Below, piece after piece: positions 8,761 through 18,274 of a stretch of 64,000 nucleotides of DNA. A program made the translations under genes and the position numbers. Source of the DNA: Patescibacteria group bacterium (GTDB lineage: Bacteria > Patescibacteriota > Minisyncoccia > UBA6257 > GWB1-50-10); assembly GCA_038065455.1 (NCBI GenBank), contig JBBTQX010000008.1, forward strand, positions 1-64,000, written 5' to 3'. A model generated the notes under the pieces. The model did not search any database and had not been told where the DNA came from. It saw nothing but the letters and a program-made list of their open reading frames with translations. Within the stretch, counting starts at the first letter, position 1. The number at the start of each line of letters is the position of its first letter.

Positions 8761-9372
8761 CTAACCAATCATCTTCAAATATTGTTGCAATTCTTCTTTT
8801 ATTTTTTCTAATATTTTTCTAGTTTCATTTTTTTCAACTTCATTTATCTGATTAAAAGTTTTTTTAAATTGTGGATAGTACCAAACATGCCCCATCCACC
8901 CATAAGAAGGAATGTCGGTATTTTGCGGTTTTTCAACTATACAACCAAAATCCGTAGTGTCCTCAAGCGACCACAAAAGATTACCACCCTTAGCTAAAGC
9001 CAGTGCTAAATGATGGGAACATCTTCTATCATCTCCTTTTAGACCGCTCATCAGAGAAATAAGAGTATCTACTTTTTCTTTATCGGTTTTGGTTTCTCCC
9101 ACTATTCTTTGATTTTTTAAAATATCCCATTTATCGCCTAGACCCGGAATATCTACACCCACATCTGAAGCAAAAACGTACCAGTCCGTATGTTTTGAAA
9201 GTTCCACTGCTTTTTTTCTAGCGTTGGCTTCTAAACTGTTCTGGTCTTCTTCAATAACTATTTGGCTCGATATTTCGTCCAAATAATGAATTTTAATATC
9301 CTTAACCTCATCCAAGAGGCTCATCATTTCAGCCACCTTATATTGATTTCTTGTCCCGATTAATAGATCCAT
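8761..9372 (-). CDS. Ham1/ITPase-like NTP pyrophosphatase, divergent
   Basis: LIGTRNQYKVAE, EEDQNSLEANARKKA, ASDVG; lacks canonical FGYDP and SHR. Confidence 0.75.
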   Translation of the reverse strand: MDLLIGTRNQYKVAEMMSLLDEVKDIKIHYLDEISSQIVIEEDQNSLEANARKKAVELSKHTDWYVFASDVGVDIPGLGDKWDILKNQRIVGETKTDKEKVDTLISLMSGLKGDDRRCSHHLALALAKGGNLLWSLEDTTDFGCIVEKPQNTDIPSYGWMGHVWYYPQFKKTFNQINEVEKNETRKILEKIKEELQQYLKMIG

Positions 9373-9427
9373 ATTTAGAGGATATAACATTTTCTAGTGT
9401 TTCCCTACCCCAACCAACATTCCAACA

Positions 9428-9463
9428 CCTGCCTCCTGCATGCGCAGGCATGGCACAGACAGG
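9428..9463. repeat. Nested pair of 18-bp CCTGCCTGCGCAGGCAGG-family palindromes
   Basis: CCTGCCT[CCTGCATGCGCAGGCATG]GCACAGACAGG. Confidence 0.65.
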
Positions 9464-9572
9464 TCCCACTCGGAAAAACAAAACAAATCTTGCGTCCGGG
9501 CGAGTTTTATTCAATAATTCAAACAGTACTATTTTCAACAAACTAAAAATCAAATAACAACTGGAGGTTCCA

Positions 9573-10077
9573 ATGAACATCTTTTTTGCTGTATTGCTGA
9601 TTTTTTTCGCGGCATTTTCAAGACTAATCCCCCACGCGCCGAACTTCACTCCGATGATATCCGTAGCGCTCTTCGCTGGAGTCTATCTCGAGAAAAGGCT
9701 CGCGCTCGCTATTCCCCTTTTGGCGCTCCTTCTAAGCGATATCTTCTTGGGCTTCTACGGCCCACTTATGGCAATCGTCTACGGGAGTACGCTTCTCGTT
9801 TCCGTTTTCGGATTCCTAATGAAAGGTAAAGTTTCAATCGGAAGAATCGCCGGAACGTCTTTCGCCGGGGCCGTCTTCTTCTTTGTCACAACGAACTTCG
9901 GAGTCTGGGCACTCTCGGGTCCGGCTTATCCCAAAACATTCGCGGGCTTGGCCGAATGCTACACCGCGGCAATACCGTTTTTCAGAAACACTCTCGCAAG
10001 TACGCTTATATAGCGCGACGCTTTTCGGAGTCTATGAAATAGCGGCAAAATACGCCTGGAAAACAGAAGTAATATAA
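9573..10077 (+). pseudogene. DUF6580-family putative transporter S-component, frameshifted near 3' end
   Basis: SRLIPHAPNFTP...AIPFFRNTL motifs; stop at 10013 while C-terminal YSATLFGVYE continues in another frame. Confidence 0.7.
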
Positions 10078-10088
10078 TTCAATACGCA

Positions 10089-10117
10089 GCGGCACCTGTA
10101 AATAGGTGCCGTTTTTC
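10089..10117 (+). terminator. Rho-independent terminator
   Basis: GCGGCACCT-GTAAAT-AGGTGCCGT followed by T-run. Confidence 0.7.
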
Positions 10118-10199
10118 TATTTGACAAAAATACTGTTGTTTGATAGCATAAGCATCAGTTTAGAGACGGGGTCGGGTTTCTAGAAGTATAAACACAAAC

Positions 10200-10397
10200 A
10201 TGACGGGAAAAATCAAAACATTGACGGACCGGGGGTTTGGATTCATTGCTCGCGATGGCGAGGAAAAGGATCTTTTCTTCCATTCCAAAGATTTGAACGG
10301 CGTGACGTTTGATGAACTCAAGGTAGGCGATGAGCTTTCTTTTGAGATCGTGCAGGGCGACAAAGGCCTGAGCGCAAAGAACGTTTCGCGCGCTTAA
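10200..10397 (+). CDS. cspA: Cold-shock protein
   Basis: RGFGFI (RNP1), DLFFH (RNP2), 65 aa; TTGACA upstream. Confidence 0.95.
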   Translation: MTGKIKTLTDRGFGFIARDGEEKDLFFHSKDLNGVTFDELKVGDELSFEIVQGDKGLSAKNVSRA

Positions 10398-10409
10398 GCG
10401 CCAAATCAG

Positions 10410-10447
10410 AACCCAGCCAGTCCATTGGACTGGCTGGGTTGTTTTTA
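10410..10447. terminator. Hairpin terminator between convergent csp and nrdJ
   Basis: AACCCAGCCAGTCCA-T-TGGACTGGCTGGGTT then T-run. Confidence 0.75.
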
Positions 10448-10462
10448 TCCATCTTTCTCTGT

Positions 10463-13222
10463 TTAGGAGCAACCTCCCGAAGAACTGCCGCACTGAAGGC
10501 AGGTCAGGCAGGTGCCGGTGCGCACCATCATTCCCCCGCAACTCCGGCAAACCGTATCTCCGGCGACCGATTTGACGCTCTTTTTGGGAGTATCGACATT
10601 CGCCTCCGGAGAAGAACTCTTAACCGAAGCGGCCACCGCCACTCGAGCCGGTTCTTTCGATTCCTCCTTCATTTCAATGAGATGATTATTATGGGATTCG
10701 CGGGACATTCCGAATTCAGAAAGATCGTCTTCCGAAAGGAAGTCGATGGCCAGATACCGGAACATATAATCAATAATACTCGTCGCAATCCGAATATCGG
10801 GATTTTCGGTAAAGCCAGCCGGCTCGAATCGGCTATAGATGAATTTGTTGGCGAGCGCCTTGAGCGGCACGCCATACTGAAGCGCCATGGAAACGGAAAT
10901 GGCGAATGCATCCAAAAGCCCCGAGAGCGTGCTTCCCTGCTTGGCCATCTTCACAAACATCTCCGCCAAACTGCCGTCTTCATAAATGCTGTAGGTGAGA
11001 TAGCCTTCGTGGCCCGCGATGGAGAATTTATGCGTTTTGGAAATTCTGGTCGGAGGCAGACGTCTTCGAAACGCTTCGCCCGCCAATTTCAATTCCTTAT
11101 TGTCTTTGGACTTACTTTCCGACGTATTCAAAGGCTGGGCGGACTTGGAGCCGTCGCGATAAACGGCGAAGGCTTTAATACCCATCTTCCAAGCCATTAC
11201 GTAAGCTTCCTCGATTTCCCCCTTTGTCACGTCGTGGGACATATTGAAAGTTTTGGATATCGCGCCCGAAATAAAAGGCTGGACGGCGGCGACAATTCTT
11301 ATATGCCCGCGCCAGGAGATTTCCCGCGTGCCCTTCTGGGCTTTGACCGCGCAATCGAATATCGCCAGATGCTCGTCCTTCATACCCGGCGCGTTTTCCA
11401 CCGTGCCGTTTTCCGCCACGTAATCAATGATGTTTTTTGCGTCCGTCGCCGAGTAGCCGAGCTTCAAGAGCGCGTTCTCCACGCCGGCATTCACGATTTT
11501 CATCCAGCCGCCGCCGACGAGCTGTTTCATTTTCACAAGCGAGAAATCCGGCTCAATGCCCGTGGTGTCGCAATCCATCATAAAAGCAATCGTGCCGGTC
11601 GGCGCAATGACCGTCGACTGGGAATTCCGGAAACCGTGCTCTTCCCCGAGCGCGAGCGCTTCGTCCCAAATCTTTTGAGCCTCCGTTCCGAGCTTCTTAT
11701 CATCGAGGAAATTAAGATTGATTTTCTTCGATTCCGAACCATGGTGTTTTATGACCTCAAGCATCGGCTCGCGATTCGCGGCATATCCTTCGAAAGGCTT
11801 CACGCGTTCCGCAATCTTCGCCGAAAATCGATAGGCCTCGCCGGCCATCAAAGACGCGATGGCTCCGCTCCAAGCGGCGCCTTCTTCGGAATCGTACGGA
11901 ATGCCCTTAGTCATCAGAAGCACTCCCAGATTGGCGAAACCGAGGCCCAATTCGCGGAATTTACGGGCGTTTTCCCCGATTTTCTCCGTCGGATAGGATG
12001 AACCGCCTACAATAATGTCTTGGGCCAAGATAAAAACATCCACGGCATGTTTGAAGTCATTCACCATAAAAGTGCCGTCTTCGCGGAGGAATTTCATTAA
12101 ATTAATGGAAGCGAGATTACAGGCCGAATTATCCAAATGCATATACTCTGAGCAGGGATTCGAGGCATTGATGCGGCCGGAATTCGGACAGGTGTGCCAT
12201 CGATTAATAGTGGAATCGAATTGAACGCCCGGGTCGCCGCAATCCCAAGCCGCCTGCGCAATTTCGGAAAGCATTTCCCGAGCCTTGTATGTCTTGGCCG
12301 GCTGGCCATCCGTGACGCGTTTCGTCTGCCATTCACCGTCGCGCTCCGCCGCTTCCATAAAATCATCGGTAAGCCGAACGGAATTATTGGCATTCTGGAA
12401 TTGAATGGAATTCCAGGCATCGTTATTCAAATCGGCCATATTATAGCCCGCATCGATGAAAGCTTTGACCTTCTTCTCCTCCTCCGCTTTGGTGCGGATG
12501 AAATCCATTACATCGGGATGATCGATATTCAAAACCACCATCTTCGCGGCGCGGCGCGTCGTACCGCCGGATTTGATCATGCCCGCGACGGAATCAGCGC
12601 CGCGCATAAATGATACCGGACCGGAAGAATACCCTCCGCCGGACAAATTTTCCGTTCTGGAACGGAGATTGGAAAGATTTACGCCTGCGCCGGAACCGCC
12701 TTTAAAAATAATTCCTTCGGTTTTGATCCAATCCAAAATTGAATTTATGCTGTCTTCCACCGAAAGAATAAAACAGGCGGAACACTGCGGATGTTCCCGC
12801 GCGCCGACATTGAACCAGACCGGACTGTTAAATGAACCTTTCTGGTTGAGAAGAATATATTTCAATTCGTCTTCAAATATTTGCGCTTGATTCGCGGTCG
12901 CGAAGTAGCCGAATTTTTCGCCCCAGCCGCGGATGACACTCGTGACCCGCGTAATCATTTGCTTCAAACTTTCTTCGCGCACCGGCGTGCCGAGCTTGCC
13001 GCGGAAATATTTCGCCACGGTGATGTTCACCGCGTTCAACGACCAGAAATCCGGAAACTCCACTTCTTTTTGTTCAAAAACTTTTTTGTCGCCGCTGCCT
13101 ACGACTGCGTCGCGTTTCACCCACTTCACTTCGGAGAACGGATCTGTGCCCGCCTTGGTAAAAATTCTCTTCAAAGGAATGACCTTTTTATCTTTTTTGG
13201 AGACCGTTTTTTTTCCGCTCAT
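10463..13222 (-). CDS. nrdJ: Class II (B12-dependent) ribonucleotide reductase
   Basis: FNSPVWFN, SACF, GGTTRRAA, NPCSEY, APTGT, C-terminal TSCPD-type domain and Zn ribbon. Confidence 0.95.
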   Translation of the reverse strand: MSGKKTVSKKDKKVIPLKRIFTKAGTDPFSEVKWVKRDAVVGSGDKKVFEQKEVEFPDFWSLNAVNITVAKYFRGKLGTPVREESLKQMITRVTSVIRGWGEKFGYFATANQAQIFEDELKYILLNQKGSFNSPVWFNVGAREHPQCSACFILSVEDSINSILDWIKTEGIIFKGGSGAGVNLSNLRSRTENLSGGGYSSGPVSFMRGADSVAGMIKSGGTTRRAAKMVVLNIDHPDVMDFIRTKAEEEKKVKAFIDAGYNMADLNNDAWNSIQFQNANNSVRLTDDFMEAAERDGEWQTKRVTDGQPAKTYKAREMLSEIAQAAWDCGDPGVQFDSTINRWHTCPNSGRINASNPCSEYMHLDNSACNLASINLMKFLREDGTFMVNDFKHAVDVFILAQDIIVGGSSYPTEKIGENARKFRELGLGFANLGVLLMTKGIPYDSEEGAAWSGAIASLMAGEAYRFSAKIAERVKPFEGYAANREPMLEVIKHHGSESKKINLNFLDDKKLGTEAQKIWDEALALGEEHGFRNSQSTVIAPTGTIAFMMDCDTTGIEPDFSLVKMKQLVGGGWMKIVNAGVENALLKLGYSATDAKNIIDYVAENGTVENAPGMKDEHLAIFDCAVKAQKGTREISWRGHIRIVAAVQPFISGAISKTFNMSHDVTKGEIEEAYVMAWKMGIKAFAVYRDGSKSAQPLNTSESKSKDNKELKLAGEAFRRRLPPTRISKTHKFSIAGHEGYLTYSIYEDGSLAEMFVKMAKQGSTLSGLLDAFAISVSMALQYGVPLKALANKFIYSRFEPAGFTENPDIRIATSIIDYMFRYLAIDFLSEDDLSEFGMSRESHNNHLIEMKEESKEPARVAVAASVKSSSPEANVDTPKKSVKSVAGDTVCRSCGGMMVRTGTCLTCLQCGSSSGGCS

Positions 13223-13368
13223 ATTTTTTGTTTTTTATCCGACTGATTTTTATTTTTTTGTTCGTAAGCTAATTTTAAGGTAGTTGCCAAAACAAGCAAC
13301 GGTGGATAACTCACTAGGAAACTAAAAAAATGGACTTTTGTCCATCCCTTAGCCGCACCATGCAACCT

Positions 13369-14577
13369 TTATCTCTTTTTCTTCCTTAGAAAAGTGGGAA
13401 TGTCCCAAGGCTCGTTCTTTTCCGACTTCGGCGAGGCCGATTTCGGACCCTTTTCGCTTTCCTCATCGAACATATCGTCATTCTTTTCGGCTTTATCCAA
13501 TCCCGCTTCAGGTTTTACCTCCTTTTTCATTCCTTCGCCACTCATAAAAAGGGTTGGAATCATCGAACGCTGAGGAAAAACGCCGTTAAAGCCAGTCGCA
13601 ATGACCGTCACTTTGATGGCCTTATCCTTCAAACTCCGGTCATGATAGGCGCCGAAGATGACGCGCGCATTCGAGTCCAGATTAGCCGATATGGCTTTCG
13701 CAATATCGTTGATTTCGGACATTTTAAGGTCTTTAGCGCCCGCTATACTAAAAACAATACCCTTCGCGCCATCCAAAGAGACTTCCAAAAGCGGCGAATT
13801 GATTGCGGCATTCACGGCTTTAATGCTCCGATCCTGGCCCGAGGCCATACCAATACCTATTAACGTGGTGCCGGCATCCTTCAATATCGTCTTGATATCG
13901 GCGAAGTCCACGTTAATGATACCCGGATTGTTTATAAGTTCGGTAATCGCCTGCACCGACTGTTTCAAAATATCATCGATTGAAGCAAAAGCTTTCAAGA
14001 TTGGCGTGTCTTTATCGATAAGGGAAAAAATACGGTCGTTCGGTATCACGACGAGCGCGTCCACTTTTTCTTTGAGACGGCTCAATCCTTCTTGAGCGAT
14101 ATTCATCCGTTGAGCGCCTTCAAAGGCGAAAGGTTTTGTGACGACTGCAACCGTAAGAATTCCTTTTTCCTTCGCGATTTCCGCAACCACTGCGGAGGCC
14201 GAAGTGCCCGTGCCGCCGCCCATGCCGGCCGTGATGAAAGCGATGTCAGTGCCTTCGAGCATCTCGCCGATTTCCGAACGATTCTCTTCGGCGGCCTGTT
14301 TGCCGATTTCCGGATTCATGCCCGCGCCCAAACCGCGCGTCAAAGCTTTCCCGATGTAAATCTTTTTATGCGCCGCCGCGTAATCCAAATCCTGAGCGTC
14401 GGTGTTTACCGCGACGAATTCGACGCCGCGCGGCCGGTCGCCATTCATCATTCGCGTAACGGCATTGCCGCCGCCGCCGCCCACGCCGATCACTTTGACA
14501 CAGGTCAACCCGTTCTTACTTTCTTTGGGTTTCAGCTTAAGATTCTTTTTAATTTTTTTATGGTTCTTTTTTGACAT
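13369..14577 (-). CDS. ftsZ: Cell division protein FtsZ
   Basis: GVGGGGGNA, GGGTGT, INVDFAD, C-terminal DIPTFLRK. Confidence 0.98.
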   Translation of the reverse strand: MSKKNHKKIKKNLKLKPKESKNGLTCVKVIGVGGGGGNAVTRMMNGDRPRGVEFVAVNTDAQDLDYAAAHKKIYIGKALTRGLGAGMNPEIGKQAAEENRSEIGEMLEGTDIAFITAGMGGGTGTSASAVVAEIAKEKGILTVAVVTKPFAFEGAQRMNIAQEGLSRLKEKVDALVVIPNDRIFSLIDKDTPILKAFASIDDILKQSVQAITELINNPGIINVDFADIKTILKDAGTTLIGIGMASGQDRSIKAVNAAINSPLLEVSLDGAKGIVFSIAGAKDLKMSEINDIAKAISANLDSNARVIFGAYHDRSLKDKAIKVTVIATGFNGVFPQRSMIPTLFMSGEGMKKEVKPEAGLDKAEKNDDMFDEESEKGPKSASPKSEKNEPWDIPTFLRKKKR

Positions 14578-14616
14578 TTCGGTTTTCAACTTTATCAAGT
14601 GTAATGAAAATAAAAA

Positions 14617-15834
14617 TTAAGGCAATAAATTGCGGAGGAATTTCTTGACCGCGCCTATACCCGAAACGGGCGTCTCATTTTCCGTCTTGCCCCAAATGAC
14701 AAGCCCCGCCGCTACGGAAAATTCCGGATCATCCATCATCTCCCGATGAGCCGGATTCAAAATCTCGAATTCGGAAAGATTCGGAAAGCCGATTTGAACC
14801 GGAAGTTTGAGTTCCTGCTTCACGAGATCGGCCAAGCCGGCCAGTTTTACTCCCCCGCCCGTCAAAACTGCGCCAGCCGGAAAACGAGCATCGCGCCCGA
14901 TTGTTTTCAATTCCCCGGCGACCAAGTCGAGTATTTCTATCAGCCGGCTTTCGATTATCTCCGCCAAAAAATGACGGGAAACCTCACCTCCACTCTTCCC
15001 ATCCACCTCCGAGAGTTTTATCGTCTCCCGCCGATTGATATCTTTCGCCAGCGCGCAACCGAAAGAAGTTTTGAGCTTTTCCGCCACCTCGACGGAAATT
15101 TTTAATCCAATTGCGATGTCATTCGTAACATAACTAGAACCCACGGGCAGACTTCGAACGTGGAGTATCTTACTATCCTCATAGACCGCCAAAGTCGTCG
15201 TGCTCGCGCCAAAATCAATAACAAAACTGCCGAGTTCTTTTTGTTTTTTTGAAAGAACCGAACGGGCGGCGGCCAAAGGATTGAAAATCACTCCGCCTAC
15301 GCCGACGTTCAAACGCTCCAGAGTTTTCAAAAGAAGGCTTACTTGGGGTAAAAATCCTTCCATAATAAGCGTCGAAACCTCCAGCCGACTGCCGTTCATT
15401 CCCAAAGGATTAGAAATATCTCCCACATCGTCTACGAGGTATTCCTTTATTATATTATGAAGCACGATTGAATTAGGCAGAATCTTTACCGCCTGGGAAA
15501 ACTGAATCGCCCGCTCGATATCTTCGGTTTGAATCTCCTTGTCGCCCCGCGCGACAGCCGCCACCCCCCGGGAAACCCGGGCTTTCACCCGCTCGCTGTT
15601 CGCGTTCACAAAAATATTCTGAACGGCTTTCTTGGATATTTTTCTGAGGTCAACAAAAAGATTGTGGAGCACCTTGGTGGATTCTTCAACATCTACCAAC
15701 ACGCCTTTTCGAAAACCGGCCATCGGCTGTTTGAAAACCGAGATGACCGAAAGGGTCCCGTCCTTCTTCACTTCCGCCACTATCCCCTTTACCTGGGACG
15801 TGCCGATATCCAACCCGGTAATGATTTGAGACAT
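14617..15834 (-). CDS. ftsA: Cell division protein FtsA
   Basis: GLDIGTS, DFGASTT, LTGGG; adjacent to ftsZ. Confidence 0.95.
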   Translation of the reverse strand: MSQIITGLDIGTSQVKGIVAEVKKDGTLSVISVFKQPMAGFRKGVLVDVEESTKVLHNLFVDLRKISKKAVQNIFVNANSERVKARVSRGVAAVARGDKEIQTEDIERAIQFSQAVKILPNSIVLHNIIKEYLVDDVGDISNPLGMNGSRLEVSTLIMEGFLPQVSLLLKTLERLNVGVGGVIFNPLAAARSVLSKKQKELGSFVIDFGASTTTLAVYEDSKILHVRSLPVGSSYVTNDIAIGLKISVEVAEKLKTSFGCALAKDINRRETIKLSEVDGKSGGEVSRHFLAEIIESRLIEILDLVAGELKTIGRDARFPAGAVLTGGGVKLAGLADLVKQELKLPVQIGFPNLSEFEILNPAHREMMDDPEFSVAAGLVIWGKTENETPVSGIGAVKKFLRNLLP

Positions 15835-16223
15835 AGTTCTTCTTCGAGTATTTCCATTCTTATCCTATCACGTTTGCCCTTGTGGGTATATCCCAAAAGA
15901 TGCAAAAAACCGTGGATAAAAAGGAAACCGATGTTTTCCCCGCGGGCGCGGATATAATCCGGCGCGAGAAATATTTCGCCCAGAAAACGGCGCCCGCTTC
16001 CCAGATCGGGCCGAAGCGAGCCTTTTTCCGCCTCGAAGCTCAAAACGTTCGTCGGCCGATTTTTACCCTTGAATTTCCGGTTTATTTTTTTCATCTCCGA
16101 GTCGGAAACAAGAAAAACCTCAAGAGAGAGGTTTTTTTTTTCGGCCAGCTTCGGCAGCTTCCGAACGAGCGATTCCACTATTTCAGTTTCCTTCGCGAAT
16201 TTTTTATTTCGATTAAAGACCAA
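15789..16223 (-). CDS. ybeY: rRNA maturation endoribonuclease YbeY
   Basis: PTNVLSF, HGFLHLLGYTH. Confidence 0.93.
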   Translation of the reverse strand: MVFNRNKKFAKETEIVESLVRKLPKLAEKKNLSLEVFLVSDSEMKKINRKFKGKNRPTNVLSFEAEKGSLRPDLGSGRRFLGEIFLAPDYIRARGENIGFLFIHGFLHLLGYTHKGKRDRIRMEILEEELCLKSLPGWISARPR

Positions 16224-16680
16224 TTTTTTCCTTGATAATTTTGGTTACGAGCCCCGCGTCGGCGATGCCCTTCAATTTTTTCATGGCCTCATTCATTACC
16301 TTACCGAAATCCTTGGGACCGGCCGGCAAAACTTTATCCACGGCTTCCTGGACAATTTTTTCCACGGCGGCGGAATCAAGCTGGGGCGGCAAATAATCCT
16401 CCAGAATTTTAAGCTCTTTTTGTTCTTTAGCGGCCAGCTCGGGACGATTACCTTTGAGATATACTTCGATGGATTCCTTTCTTTTCTTGATTTCCCTCCT
16501 CAAGATTTCCGACAAATCGTCGTCGGTAAGATTGGCGTCTTCCCCGCGCCCTTTCTTTTCAATTTCCCGATTATGGGCGGCGGAGAGAAAAAGGCGCAAG
16601 GTGCTGACCTTCGTCTCATTTTTATCCTTCTGCGCTTGAACCAGCTCTTTGCTCGTCTGGTCTTTCAAGTTATCCATCAT
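16213..16680 (-). CDS. GatB/YqeY domain protein
   Basis: KKRKESIE.Y..GNRPELA..E..EL.IL..YLPPQL. Confidence 0.9.
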   Translation of the reverse strand: MMDNLKDQTSKELVQAQKDKNETKVSTLRLFLSAAHNREIEKKGRGEDANLTDDDLSEILRREIKKRKESIEVYLKGNRPELAAKEQKELKILEDYLPPQLDSAAVEKIVQEAVDKVLPAGPKDFGKVMNEAMKKLKGIADAGLVTKIIKEKIGL

Positions 16681-16904
16681 TATTTTTTCTGGATACGGCC
16701 GTATTTCTTTGATTTGGCCATCTCGTCCTTCTTCTTCATCCGATAAAGAGCGCTCAATTTGCGCTTCCTTTTATTCTCGGGGCGCGAACGAACACGGCGC
16801 TTTCTCACTTCTTTCAAAACGCCGCTCTGCTGAATGCGTTTCGAAAAACGGTAAAGAAAAGAACCGACGTTCTCATTTTTCCTCCTTCTGACTTCCATTG
16901 GCAT
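16680..16904 (-). CDS. rpsU: 30S ribosomal protein S21
   Basis: ENVGSFLYRFSKRIQQSGVLKEVRKRR; typical rpsU-yqeY order. Confidence 0.8.
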   Translation of the reverse strand: MPMEVRRRKNENVGSFLYRFSKRIQQSGVLKEVRKRRVRSRPENKRKRKLSALYRMKKKDEMAKSKKYGRIQKK

Positions 16905-16966
16905 AATATTATTAAATTCTAATTTCTAAATACTAAATTCTAAACACTGGTATAATTTCGACCGTT

Positions 16967-18274
16967 TTAATGAATTCTTTTTTTCACCTCTTCCACCAGC
17001 CTGTCGGTCACGATCGTTTCTTGAACACTGGAAGTCATATCTCGCACGATAACAGTCCCTTCATAAACTTCTTTTTGGCCCAGTATGAGCGCGAGAGATA
17101 TATTCATTCTTTCGGCAATTTTGAGCTGGGCTTTCAAAGTCTTCTTGCCGACCACTTCGACGACCGCAACGCCCGAAGAACGCAATTGATTCATAAGCCT
17201 CAAGGCGGATTTTTTTGCCTGATCGCCGATAACGACGAAGAAAACTTTCGGTTTCAGTTTTGCGTGTGGCGCAACCTCCTGTCGTTTCATCGCTTCCACG
17301 ACCCGCTCCAAACCCAAAGCGCCTCCCACCGCCGGAATGGCCCGACCGCAAACCTTTTCGGCTAAATAGTCGTAGCGGCAACCCGAGGCGACCGGTAACT
17401 CGAAGGGCGGAGCGAAAACCTCGAAAACGGTGCGATTCGAAGAATCATTTTCGGGAAAAAGGTACGGGTCAGGCTCATAGCCGATGCCATTATCCTCCAC
17501 CAATTCTAAAACAGCTTTAAGATGATTATTACAATTCTGGCAGAGATAATCAAGAACAATGGGCGATTTTTCCCGAAGTGATCGGCAAGCCGGTTCTTCA
17601 CACCGGACGAGCGCTAAAGGATTACCATCCAAGCCGCGCTCGCAATTCTTGCAAAGTTCGTCCTTACACCCGCGGTAATAATTCTTGAGCTTTTGCTTGA
17701 ATATCGGCCGGCAAACTCGGCAACCCGATGTGTTTATTTTCAGAATTGGATTTTTTATTTTTAAAGCTCTTAAAAAATCGAAAATAGCGAGAATGATTTC
17801 GCCGTCATAAATGGAATCGGCTTCGCCCACCACCTCAAAACCCCAAACATGAAATTGCCGGCTGAAACCCGGCTTAATTTTTATATGCCGAAAAAATGGG
17901 CCGGTGTGGTAAACCTTGAGCGGCGAAGAAAAATAAGCCAAACGATTTTCAAGATAACTCCTTAAAATCGGCGTATGAGCGTCAAAACGCAAAGCGAGCT
18001 TTTCCTCCTCCCTAGTCTTCAGAGTGTAAAGTTTTTTCTCGAAATCAGCCGGATCGTTCGCGACGGAAGTGAAAAGTTCGGAATTTTCCAAAAGCGGCGT
18101 TTCGATGAAATAAAAATCGTGGAGTTCGCTCACTGCTTGGCCGGTTTGCCAAATCATTCTCCGCCACTCCTGCTCCCGGGGTAGAATATCGCTCATTCCA
18201 TTAACCCCTTTAAAAATGAGGTCTTTGGCCGGCTTCGGAGACTTATTAACCTTAATCTTTGGTTTATTGAACAT
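16967..18274 (-). CDS. hisS: Histidine-tRNA ligase-like protein with degenerate catalytic motifs
   Basis: GMSDILP, ETP, RQFH, GCRYD, GLER and anticodon-binding domain; RGLDYY loop absent. Confidence 0.8.
   Translation of the reverse strand: MFNKPKIKVNKSPKPAKDLIFKGVNGMSDILPREQEWRRMIWQTGQAVSELHDFYFIETPLLENSELFTSVANDPADFEKKLYTLKTREEEKLALRFDAHTPILRSYLENRLAYFSSPLKVYHTGPFFRHIKIKPGFSRQFHVWGFEVVGEADSIYDGEIILAIFDFLRALKIKNPILKINTSGCRVCRPIFKQKLKNYYRGCKDELCKNCERGLDGNPLALVRCEEPACRSLREKSPIVLDYLCQNCNNHLKAVLELVEDNGIGYEPDPYLFPENDSSNRTVFEVFAPPFELPVASGCRYDYLAEKVCGRAIPAVGGALGLERVVEAMKRQEVAPHAKLKPKVFFVVIGDQAKKSALRLMNQLRSSGVAVVEVVGKKTLKAQLKIAERMNISLALILGQKEVYEGTVIVRDMTSSVQETIVTDRLVEEVKKRIH

Noticed and set aside
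9390-9572. Cobalamin riboswitch upstream of DUF6580 (also sought upstream of nrdJ)
   Set aside because: No B12-box or GGGAA core found by eye; the structure here is explained by nested repeats.
10439-12001. 520-aa plus-strand ORF
   Set aside because: Antisense shadow of nrdJ; no recognisable motifs.
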